Under the pieces are notes generated by a model, which saw only the letters and a program-made list of their open reading frames with translations, was not told the DNA's origin and did not search any database. From positions 24,428,001-24,492,000 of the forward strand of contig CM060732.1 of assembly GCA_030704615.1 (NCBI GenBank): a stretch of DNA of 64,000 bases, read 5' to 3'. The position numbers were made by a program, and so were the translations under genes. Below are positions 22,069-32,506 of this stretch, piece by piece; position 1 is the stretch's first letter; each line of letters begins with the position of its first letter. The DNA is from Takakia lepidozioides (Eukaryota; Plantae; Bryophyta).

Positions 22069-25000
22069 GATGCCACTCAATGGCACTATGAACGTTTCGA
22101 GCATGCTGTCAGAAAACTAGACGGGCAAAAACCCAATTCAACAGCCTCACCTTGCGTGTATACTTGGGAATTGATGCCAGAAGGGCATGCCCGTATGCGC
22201 GCTCCATCGTGCCTCCATCCAGCACATTCTGTAAATGATGAATGACCAAGACCCCGATGTCACACCATTCTGAGAAGCCACTACGCGCGCTCACAGTATA
22301 CGAAGGCCTTGTCGTGTCAGGATTTCCATTCCCACGTCCCGCCATGTCCAACACAGCACTTGCATCCTTGTCTCTGCCAGGTGGAGGCAGCACGTATTAA
22401 AATATCTATTCCCCCAAGGCCACATTTTGTTTACCTCTTTTTGTGAAAGCCACGTCAGCAAATGTGCTGCCGAGTCATGGGTGCAATGAATGCGCAGTGG
22501 TTCATGGAGTCGTTGAGTCGACTACATATTCACTTTAATGAATAAATATCTTTATTCCATTAATCGAATTAGGAAAGAAAATTTGTAGTCGCATGTGCAG
22601 TAATTACAACCACTTGTAATTTTGGCTTTTTCAAATTTTATGTATTTACGCAATTCGTAAAATAGCCCGGAATTCTGCTACGACTCCGGAGTCGTTGACC
22701 CCACTTCTGTCCGCCGTCTGAAATGCCCCCATGGGCCCACATTGTCTGTTTCGACTCTCCAGTAGTCATGTTTACTACCAAGTGGTTCCCGGAGTGGTCG
22801 CGGACATGCAGTCGAATCGGAAAAGACACGAATGCTTCTAGTGGGGGGAGCAGTTTGATGCACCTCCAGAGGAGAAGACAGCTGTGGAAAATGTGGTGGA
22901 GCTATTTGCCATACGTCTTGGAGTAACTCGTGACCATCCCGCTCAGTTGGCGGAATGCCAACTGGTGATGGCACATCACAAGTATGCCATGGCATTGCTG
23001 GATTTTGAAATGAAAGGAGTTGCAACCCAGTCTGAGTTGGAGGCTCGTAGAAGGCAATTTGTTGACGACAACATGGCAAAATGGGATAGAGAGCAATATG
23101 ATGAGAAACAGGAGGGAATCTGGGGTTGGTCCTCTTTGTACCAAATTGTTGCAGCAGGTGAGATCCCTGAGTTGCCCCTCGATATGTTCACACATTCTGA
23201 GGATGAATCTGGTAGGTTGATGGTCATTCTGGAGGCTGCTCACCACCACACTCCACCTCCAAACATTCCGCTTTTCAGCAGGGTGTTTCGTCAGGTTTGG
23301 ATGTCTCACGTTCACAACATGAAACCTATTTCAATTCCCGAAACTCCATCTTGTTACTCTGCGAAATCATCTTCTCAACACAAAAGATGGCCAGTGTGCC
23401 ATTACAAATGTGGGTGAGAATTTCCTGGAGATTGGATACTTCCTGTACGGAGGCATGCCCCCATACGAGGAAGCCCGAACCCAGGTGCGTGAAGGACTTG
23501 CAGCCCTTCGGGGAGTGCGGAAAGAGGACTGCAAACACCTTTTTGAAGATCTGCATGGTTTGATGCGCGAGGTCCGATGAGGGCTGTGCGTGACCTCGCC
23601 ATTCTGAATCCTATTGCCTTCAGAATATTGTGGTGTGGGAGTATACCAACTAATGGTGCAGGGGGCAAGAAAAAAGCCTTGAAGGACTTCAATGTCATTT
23701 TGAGGCATCGGGAGGATGTTGACATGGGCTGGCTTCCTTGTCCACCAGGTGTGTATTACCACGATTTGTGCTATTGCATTTCAGTTCTTGGTGGTTCTTA
23801 ACAATGTCCCTAGTGTTGTTCTCAGTTCATTTCTTGTCATGGCCACATTCTCACAATGCGGATGTTGGTGTGCAGGCTGTCTTGACTACGGGCACTTGCA
23901 TTGCAGCGCAACAAAATCATGTCCAGGTATCCAGTGCCATTGTGGTTTTTTTTAATGTTAACGGTCTCTCCTCTCCAGATTGGAAATGGTGTATGTATGA
24001 CGTTGCACATGCATTGACATATTGGGCTCCTGGATGTGCAGGATACATGAAGGCCTCGAAAATGTATTGTGAGTTTGCGACGCCTGTGCACCCTTTTTCA
24101 TGCATGATATGGTATACCTTCTATCCACAGTTTTCAAGTGGCCCGCATGTGCATAATTATGTGGGCGGATTCTCATAGCAATGAGGTATGTGCCTTAGCC
24201 GCTAGTGGTTTACATGATCATTTGCCGCCTGTTTTAGTTGTGGACGTTCATGTGCTCGCGCAATGTGCTGAATCCATGTATCAGGTAGAATGAACATGAA
24301 TATCCTTACGAAAATTGTATGAATTTCTAACAATGATCATTGCTTGTTCATTATTTGCTTTTGCATTCTTTGTTCTTCTTTCTTTGCAGCTCACATCAGA
24401 CTGGTTCCCTACTGAGGCCGTGCACGAGAAAAGGTATGAACTTCAAGACATTATTTTGCACGAGCTTGACGGTCACCCATCGCACGAGCCTCCATATGCA
24501 GTGCCCAAACCCCCACGCAAAGTTGGAGATTGCAGCAGCCCTATCCTCCTTGTGGCCACCACTCCAGCTCCCCTCACACGCAGACGGTGTAAACGACCCA
24601 GGAAAGTCGGTAAAGCGTTGTGACGTTGGATACAATTGGCTACAGAAAGTATTATTTATTAATTGTCTACCTTCCTGCGTTGATTTTTGTGGTCCTTTGC
24701 TTCCCACAATTGTGTCTTATTCTTCTTACAGGCATCACATTTCCGACCGTCAGTGCACATTCTCTGCTTTGTTTTGCAAGTTCGCTTTAGTCCCTCTTTC
24801 CTACCCCCAGTCAGCCCTTCTCTACATTGGGGTATGCTATTTCGGGATATCTCTTCCTTCTCTCTAATGTTTTCGATTCAAGGGCATGTTGTTCCACATG
24901 ATGGCAGCCAATGGGATCCCCGTTGCCCCACAATGTTAACACACTCACTTCACAGTGCCACATTCGTTTCCTTGCTTACATATATTGTGCAGTGACTTAA

Positions 25001-25238
25001 TGCCCAATACTGAAGACTAGGACTGTTTCAACAAGTATATGTTGAGAAGCACTGGTAACTGGGGTATTTCAATGTAGCTCCCTACATGCAACACATGCCT
25101 ACATTGCATATACAAGCAAGCCAGGAACTGCATGTAAAGGAAATTGGTAACATATGCACATACCATTCCATGCAACAATCGTAAATGGGCACAATGCACA
25201 CCCCAGTACAATCAGTCTTCCTCGCAATTACATGAATG

Positions 25239-25676
25239 TTATTGTGTTGGTGCCAGTGTGGCAATTGGTCTCTCAACAATGATATTTAATATAACTCGTG
25301 CCAAGCACCTGTGCTCTATATGCCACGAGGTCCAGTGTGTTGCACAATGGTGAATCAACGAAGTGTAGGGTTCTCTATGCGTGCCATTCGGATTTCCATA
25401 GTGATACATACACAGAGGGCACCTGATATCAGGCTCAGAAATAAACTCCACAGCGGCATAATGGGTGTCTATAATGCGCACCAACCGTGATTGCACCAAC
25501 ATACGAAATTTGGGACGTTGTGGTCCATACATTTCCATGTCTATGGCACAATGTTTGAACACATGGGCCTCTCCATCCCCCATCTCTCTTTGCCGTTGTC
25601 TTTCATTCAAACACATGAAAGGATTGAATATGGTGATGTTTCCCCTCGTCGTATACTTGCTTTCCTCCATCTTCAC
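25239..25676 (-). CDS. Small protein with a zf-XS-like zinc finger (cargo ORF, possibly 5' decayed)
   Basis: CPLC...YTSLIHHCATH....HRCLA spacing resembles the XS-associated zinc finger (CP.C...Y..LLQHA...H..LA). Confidence 0.4.
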   Translation of the reverse strand: MKMEESKYTTRGNITIFNPFMCLNERQRQREMGDGEAHVFKHCAIDMEMYGPQRPKFRMLVQSRLVRIIDTHYAAVEFISEPDIRCPLCMYHYGNPNGTHREPYTSLIHHCATHWTSWHIEHRCLARVILNIIVERPIATLAPTQ

Positions 25677-26479
25677 CGAAGCCTGTGCACTTCTCTACAA
25701 CAATGGTGCCCGTCAACCAAAAAAAAAATAACTGTTCAAATGTCCTTTCATACTTTGGCCCCAATTTGTACCCATCCCTATCTCCCAAGGAATATACACT
25801 TCTTCTACTTCATCCACTTATGTGTTCTGATTTCAGGGTGCACAAATGAAAGCCTGCCTTGCCAACATCATGGAAGCTGCAAAATCATTCCTTCTGAATT
25901 TACATACTTCCCATGTGACCTGTATGTAGAAGGGTAAGTGACACATAAGAAACGTCCCTTCCCTTCTGCTAATTACTTTAGGCCAAGTGAATGTAATCGG
26001 AAAGGTATCACCCTAGGTAAGGACGAGCACCACTGCTGCCACGTGGCCACGGGCCCGGGGCGCCACGTGGTAGTAGACCACATAACTTGCAGTGCTATAT
26101 GCCCAGTGGCAATTGCGACTGCGGAAGTTGGCGCAACCACTGCTTTACTACTTTACATGAAGTGCTCGAAATTACTTGAACAATCATTCATAGTGATTCA
26201 TGCTTTGGAGTTTTGGTGTTTGTAGTGAGTCGACTAGTAATGCCATACAAGAGAACTAATCATGCATTAGAAATGCACAAACGATGAAAGACATGCCATG
26301 AAACAAAATGAAATGAAAATGAATGAAATGAAACAAAATGGTACTTTATTACATCTGCGGAAAGCTCAAAGAGCTTATGGGACAAAATGGTAAAAAAGCA
26401 GCCCAAAAGCTACTACTGCTCTGGGGATTGCCTAAGGGTCAAGGCCTCGTGCAAGTCAAGCAGTTCTGATCCTCATAAT

Positions 26480-27590
26480 GCAAGACTTCAGTGAGTTCCA
26501 CGGAATAGACCATCTACCCATGGAGGTTTCTTGTAGTTATTGATCCACAGGGAATCATAGGTAAATCTTGTGCTTGAAATTTGGCCCTCTAGGATGAATC
26601 TGGACCACACTCTATCCCTGCTCCTTCAGCTATCCATGCCCCTGCACAAATCATGCATTCATCCTTGCCTTGCTGCTAGTAGCTGACAATGACAACCTAC
26701 ATTTGTTCTAGGAAACACCCAACTCAGCTTATCACACTAGTTCCTATGCTCAATTGCGTCTGCTACTCTCTGAAATGTAGCAGGCATTCACCTTTTTGCC
26801 TCGGTTGTCCCATCATTGACTGGGGGCAGAAAAATATTCATTCCACAGCTTCTCCTCATGTCTGTTACTTGTTTTTTGATACTTTCATGTTGTCACATAG
26901 CAGTATCATGTCAAAGTCACTCCAAACTAGATTCACTCAACCAGTTAACTTGCAGAATTCAAATGGAAATTTTGGACCGATTCTAATAAGAGGGAAAAAC
27001 AGGGTGAAATGTGCTGAAGAAGATGCCTTCATTAACAATGTCTGATTTTATCAATTGTGCCGTTGCTACCAGTTGACCATCTACCCATGCAGGTTTCTTG
27101 TAGCTTCATAGTTAATCTGGAGCTTGAAGTCTGGCCCTCTTGGGTGAATCTGCACCCACACTCTATCCTTGCTCCTTCAACTTGCCTCGCACGAATCATG
27201 CATACAACCTTGCCTTGTTGCTAGCAGTTGACGATGTCAGCCTAGACTTGTTCTAGGAAGCACCCAACTCAACTTATCACACTAGTTCCTACGCTCAATT
27301 GCATCTGCTACTCTCTATAATCCAACAAACATTCACCTTCTTGCCTTGATTGTCCCACCATTGACTGGGGTCTAAAAAATATTCATTCCACAACTTCTCC
27401 TCGTCTGTGTTACCTGTTTTTGATACTTTCCTGTTGTCACATTGGTAGAATCATGTCAAAGTCACTCCAAACTATCAAAGCTTCACTCAACCAGCTAACT
27501 TGCAGAATTCAGACATGAATAATTAGGGGCGATTCTGATAAGAGGGGAAAACAAGGTGAAATTGAAGAAGGTGCCTTCATTAGCAGTCAT
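26480..27590 (-). pseudogene. Tandemly duplicated (~570 bp) fragments with OSB/PTAC9-type PDF motif remnants
   Basis: Minus-strand pieces EKLWNEYF..PSQ(W)WDNRGKK, HPRGPNFKHK and SLWINNYKKPPWVDGL. Two copies starting near 26508 and 27076; many stops. Confidence 0.6.
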
Positions 27591-27596
27591 TACACT

Positions 27597-30500
27597 CTAT
27601 CCTTCGCTCAGCCATATTGTTGAACACTCCCTGTCCACAAGGGTATTGTTCAGAATGACATCTGCCACAATTCCAGCTTTGACGATGCAACCATGGACCT
27701 CTTTGCCCTTCCCCAGCAGGCTCGCACATGCACTACAAACGCAAACAACTGGTTGTGGCAAACTGGGAGCAATATGTGTCAGAAGAAACCACTTATACAA
27801 ATCTACAGCTTACAGGCTGTCTCTATCCTCAAAATTGGCAGCACATCACCCGCTGCTATGACATATATTGCCCTAGACACACATTGCCCTAACTGCCAAC
27901 CCCCAAGATGCTACCCCCACCAGACTTCTCTCACTTGGGTCCTTGCAAGGCTGACTTCCAACTTTGACTCTGTGCATAGGGCCTATCGGACAACATACAC
28001 CAGCAAGCCCTCCCCCTATCCTGCATCAACACATCTCAGTCTTATCAACTGCACAACGTATGATAGGAGTGAGTGCAACATGGGAAAGAGCCACAACACA
28101 TGATGAGCTGTAGGGAAGAAGCAACATCGTGCAAGTAAAGCAAACGATGAAGCAGAAAGACGAGGCAACATGGGAGAAGGGAAAATGGGGTCCAAGGGCT
28201 GAGAAGGTCAACTGGTCAACAATGAGGAACTGGCTCTGGAGCACTATGTTGATGATTAAAGGGAGCAGCAAATACATGTGGGGCATCGCAGCAAAGTGCA
28301 TGCCAACGAGGGTCAGAATAGTGCAAGAAAGACTCCACGGATGGTGGGCAGCCAAGGGAGATGCAGTGAGACAAGGCACTCATGGCAAGGGAGCTGCCAA
28401 GACAAAACTGTTGATTAGGCTACGGAGAAAAAAGAAAGCACAAGATCAACTACGAGGAAAAGTAACAATTCAAGCATGGGAGCTGCTGCTAAAACATGAG
28501 GAGGAAGACATACGAGGTGAAGCATCAAGGGAACCAGTAGGAGATGAGGAAGATGGAGCACACTTTCTTGTCAAAGGTTGGCGGCGAAGAATGCAACCCA
28601 GCAATCAGAAAGTGAGGCACCCGAGGCTGGACTGCTGCAAAGAGGTACAAAGACAGGAGCTGAGAATGAGATGTTGCCTTTCCTTGAAGTTCCCCACACA
28701 AGGGCTGTTTGGCAAGCAAAACCCCTCACTTATGAAAAGTGGAAGGGCAAGGTAGAAAACCTGATGCCTGAAATTGATGGGAGCTCGTAGGAGACTCTGC
28801 CAAGAAGACTCCAATCAGCTGTTGCCAACAATCGGACCAGTGAAAGATCGCCCTTGGCTGGCGCAACACCACAAAATAAGTGCAGCCCTGATAGCATGGT
28901 GAGTGGGGCACCAACAGAGCCAGAAAATGAGGGAGAAGGAGGAGACTTCCCTGCCAAGAAAGTCAATGCGGGCCTGCAGTGGCATGCAAGGAAAGGGACA
29001 CCGTAAGTGTTGCCAACAGATGTAAATCAGTGCTCATTCATTTGAAAGCACCACGGGAGATGAAGGAAAAGACACCTACAGGGACGTTGAAGCATAAAAG
29101 AGGAGAGCACTTCACTTGGGAAGAAAGTGAAGCATTGGAGAACGAGGCTGATGACTGGCAGTCTGAAAAGGAAAGGCGGTTGTGGGAAACCCTGCCAAGA
29201 TCCAAGACAACCAACCTCTTTTGTGTGAGAGAAGTCAAGCTGAACCTGCTTATCATATCGAGTAGGATGGACCAGATGTAAAGCTGCCAAGCCAACCAAC
29301 ACTCATATTCGCACTCAAGCAACATAAGCTGGAGCCATTTTCAGATTATGAGTACCCGTGTTTTAAGAATACTCCTTATTCAACTTGCGGTGAACGGGCA
29401 GAAAACTTCACAATGTGCAGCAGATTAATGGACCAGGATGCGGAGCTGAATTGGGTATCCAGTTAGGCAATGCTGGTTTCAAAACCCCGTTCCATCCCTG
29501 CGTTTCGAAGATCTGGCTTGAATGGGCACACTCCGACAGTGGAAGGCTCACGGAGTAATGAGTTTGGGCTGATATGCATGCTGACATGCCATGCCGGTGC
29601 AAAGAACAACGTTCTGAGTGGCGATTGTGATCTCAAAATCTGCCCCTGCATTCAAGCTGATTTCTCTCTCGAGCAGAGCCGCCTTGTGGATGTTCCAGCC
29701 AGTGTCCAAAAACAGCTCAAGTGCAAGACAACAACATCAGCAAGGCATGGTTAGCTAAGCAAGGTCATGGTGGAGAGGCATTTGAACTCTCTGAACGTAA
29801 TGTGGTCGGACTTCACCCCCTCCCACATCAACTGCTCATAGGTCTCCAAAACCTGCAATCCCCGCCCCTGTTGTGCATGTCCTGCGATCATCACTTTCCA
29901 CGACACCACATTTTGCTCAGCCATATTGTTGAACACTCCCTATCTAGAAGGGTATTCATGTTCAGAATGACATCTACCACAATTCCAGCTTTGACGATGC
30001 AACCATGGACCTCTTTGCCCTTCTCCAACAGGCTCGCACATGCACTACAAACACAAACAAACGTAATGTGCTCGGGCTTCACCCCCTAGACCCACATCAT
30101 TTGCTCATAGGTCTCCAAAACCCGCAATCCCCGCCCATGTTGTGCATGTCCTGCGATCATCACGTTCCACCACACCACATTTCGCTCAGCCATATTGTTA
30201 AACACTCCTTGTCCACAAGGGAATGCTCCCACGTTTGGCATACATGTCGACGAGGTATTGTTACATCTGGTACAGTTCCAGCTTTGACAATGTCACGATG
30301 GACCTCTTTGCCCTTTACCAAGTCTCCAGGGTTGCCAGGTTTGCACATGCATTGCAAACACAAATGAACGTAACCCGGTCAGGCTGCACCTCTTCTCAAC
30401 ATTTGCTCATATGTCTCCAATGCCCTCATCCCGCACACATGCTGGCCATATCTTGCGAGATTCAGCGTGTTCCTTGAGACAACATCTTGTTCAGCCATGT

Positions 30501-30650
30501 TATCAAACTCTCCCTTTGCAACTTCATAGGTCTCCAAAGCCTCCATCCCACGTCCCTGCTGTGCATACCCTGCAAGCATCGCACTCCACGACACTACATC
30601 TTGGCAAAACATGCTGAAATAGCTCGAAGAAGAAGGTGCCCTCACCACAT
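27597..30650 (-). pseudogene. PLS-class PPR gene fragments, interrupted by decayed retroelement-like sequence at ~27900-29400
   Basis: KPEHITFVCVCSACASL..GKEVHGCIVKAGI..DVIL.NTLVD, FNNMAEQNVVSWKVMIAGHAQQGRG..LETYEQL..EGVKSDHITF and DVVSWSAMLAGYAQQGRGMEALE. Frameshifted. Confidence 0.85.
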
Positions 30651-31894
30651 TGTCCTCTACCTTGTGTCATGACCCATTGCGGATTAGACTGACCATGAAC
30701 CCAAGAAGACCTCTTGTGCGTGCTGCTTGTATCTCTAGTCAGGTAATGTGGGATTGGTTCGTAAGAACCACCACGGTGCAGCTGAGCGGGCAGAGATTAA
30801 AATATGGGTTGCTAAGACCAAGCTGATTCCCCCAAGAACCTTGTGATCATCAGGAAGAATACCAAATCATGGTACAAAGGGGAGCCAAGAGCCCACATTT
30901 GCACATAATGCGCCCTTGACGCCATAAACGCTTGCAACAACAGGACATGGACCTCGATTTGGTCTTCGTCCTTCTCACATCACTTGTTCGTCTCTCTCTC
31001 AAGCCTCCATCCCTCTCCCAACACTTAGACAAATTCAGGCAAAGGACAAAGTTACTCTTCCACCCTTAGATCATTTTACATCCGACGATTAGAACAATCT
31101 CTACGAGCCACACAAGCCCTAAAATACATTAAAATATTCCACGTCATGAGCCATGTGGAGCACTTATAAAAATTCCATTTTTGAATAGGGTGTGCAATGA
31201 ATGCCTAGTTGTTAAGAGTCGTTCTCTAGTGCTTAAAACCACTTGTAATTGCTGTTTTTAAAAATAAAATAAAAATACGTAATTGAATTAAATCGCCGCG
31301 AATATTGTGCCGACTGCGGAGTCATTGATGCAACTTCTATCCGCCATTAGAAATGTGAATTTATCCGTTACGACTGTGCAGTAGTAACAAACATCTCAAA
31401 GTTGTTCCCTCAGTGGTTTTGGACGTGCAGTCGATTCGGAAAAGACACGAATGCTTCTAGTGAAGGGTGCCTTTACCAACTATCAGGTACCCTTCATAAT
31501 TGAATTTCACTTCACCCATAGCCCTCTTGAAGTTGGGGGACAAACACATGCAATGGGGGCACACCATGCTTGCTTCAGCAGCATTTGTTCAAATCTTCAG
31601 CATGGAACATGCACATTTGCATGCAACCCCTTATGCACTTCTGGTGCAAACGAGGCAGTTATGAAAGACCAAGCAGTTCCTCTAGTTCAGCAATACTTAT
31701 GAACAGCCCCACAAAATCCAGCCTCAGTTTTGGAAAGAGCAAACACATGCACTCAATTGGATCCCCACCTTAAGCCGCCGACCGTGTCTTCTATGAAGCA
31801 TTGTCAATTACTTCTCAGATTTTGGCGTGGACGATCATGCCCCACCTACAAGCAAAGCTGAGAGGGCTGGACTTACTCTAAGAGCACCCAAGTT

Positions 31895-32506
31895 CTACAC
31901 CAGCTCATCCATGGCAGAAGCCTCATCGATGTCGATTTTGTCGATAAAAAAAGCAGTAGTGGGAGTGAGCCCCAACGACCAACTAACACTATGCTCTCCT
32001 CTCTTAACCCTATACTACTTCTTTAGTCGCATTGTAAAGCTACCTTTCACCATCACGTTAGTTTTTATACCAGCGAGGGTCTTCTTCAGGTCCATAATGG
32101 GGACCTTGGATAGGAACCCGGTCTCGTCTGCCTTCACAATGCTGAAGATCTTCTGAGGACTCTGCAGGTTCACCTCCAACCACAAGTACTCCCCAGAAAT
32201 CCAAGCCTTTGTGGTTGTGTCCACATGAAATCCTTTCGCCTGTGTAGCACATGCAATCACATTCCAAATACACAAAGGAACCCCCATAGTAACATATTGC
32301 ATAGCATATGACTTTGGGGCATTTGGCTTGTACAACAACACTATTCCTTCTAGACACACTGATTTCTCCATGCTGGAACCAAACAAAATGTTTGCAACGA
32401 CAATGCGTGTCCGTGCCAATCGCGGCTGCAGCACATCCGAGATATCGCGGGGATCTTCAATGACAACTTCAATAAGACTGCCATTCGTACCTGAATAGTA
32501 TGCCAT
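31895..32506 (-). pseudogene. Unknown beta-rich cargo protein (possible OB-fold/SSB-like), one internal TAG
   Basis: Intronless reading frame MAYYSG...VMVKGSFTMRLKK*YRVKRGEHSVSWSLGLTPTTAFFIDKIDIDEASAMDELV. The fold assignment is a guess from pattern only. Confidence 0.35.

Larger units (their letters stand above)
11808..22843. mobile_element. CACTA (En/Spm) DNA transposon, 11,036 bp, both ends intact, non-autonomous
   Basis: Perfect 19-bp TIR CACTAGAAGCATTCGTGTC (11808-11826) and its reverse complement (22825-22843). 3-bp TSD GGG at 11805-11807 and 22844-22846. Subterminal CGACT/AGTCG motifs and palindromes (e.g. 11843-11861, 22681-22694). Confidence 0.95.
11800..24623 (+). pseudogene. Cargo gene interrupted by the CACTA element; possible Ulp1/C48 SUMO-protease-like C-terminus
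   Basis: Removing 11808-22846 rejoins ATG GCG G|G|G GAG CAG TTT, giving MAGEQFDAPPEEKTAVENVVELF, in frame with ORF 22884..23417. Further decayed exons run to 24623. The last exon, LTSDWFPTEAVHEKRYELQDIIL, resembles the WFP.E....KR..I/L end of plant ULP proteases. The catalytic triad is not confidently identifiable. Confidence 0.5.
26030..31462. mobile_element. Second, left-truncated CACTA copy of the same family carrying host-gene fragments (Pack-CACTA-like)
   Basis: Identical right TIR GACACGAATGCTTCTAGTG ends at 31462. 31190-31462 aligns with 22480-22843, and 26030-26150 aligns with left-subterminal 12175-12290. No left TIR or TSD was found. Confidence 0.75.

Noticed and set aside
25047-25066. 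AAG|CACTGG... as the left end of the second CACTA (AAG follows the right TIR at 31463)
   Set aside because: It matches only CACT of the 19-bp TIR and lies ~1 kb from the left-subterminal homology at 26030, with an unrelated ORF in between.
27900-29400. Intact gene or classifiable retroelement (208-aa ORF 28129..28755)
   Set aside because: Only faint RT-like (FDSVHR) and gag-like traces with many stops; too decayed to call.
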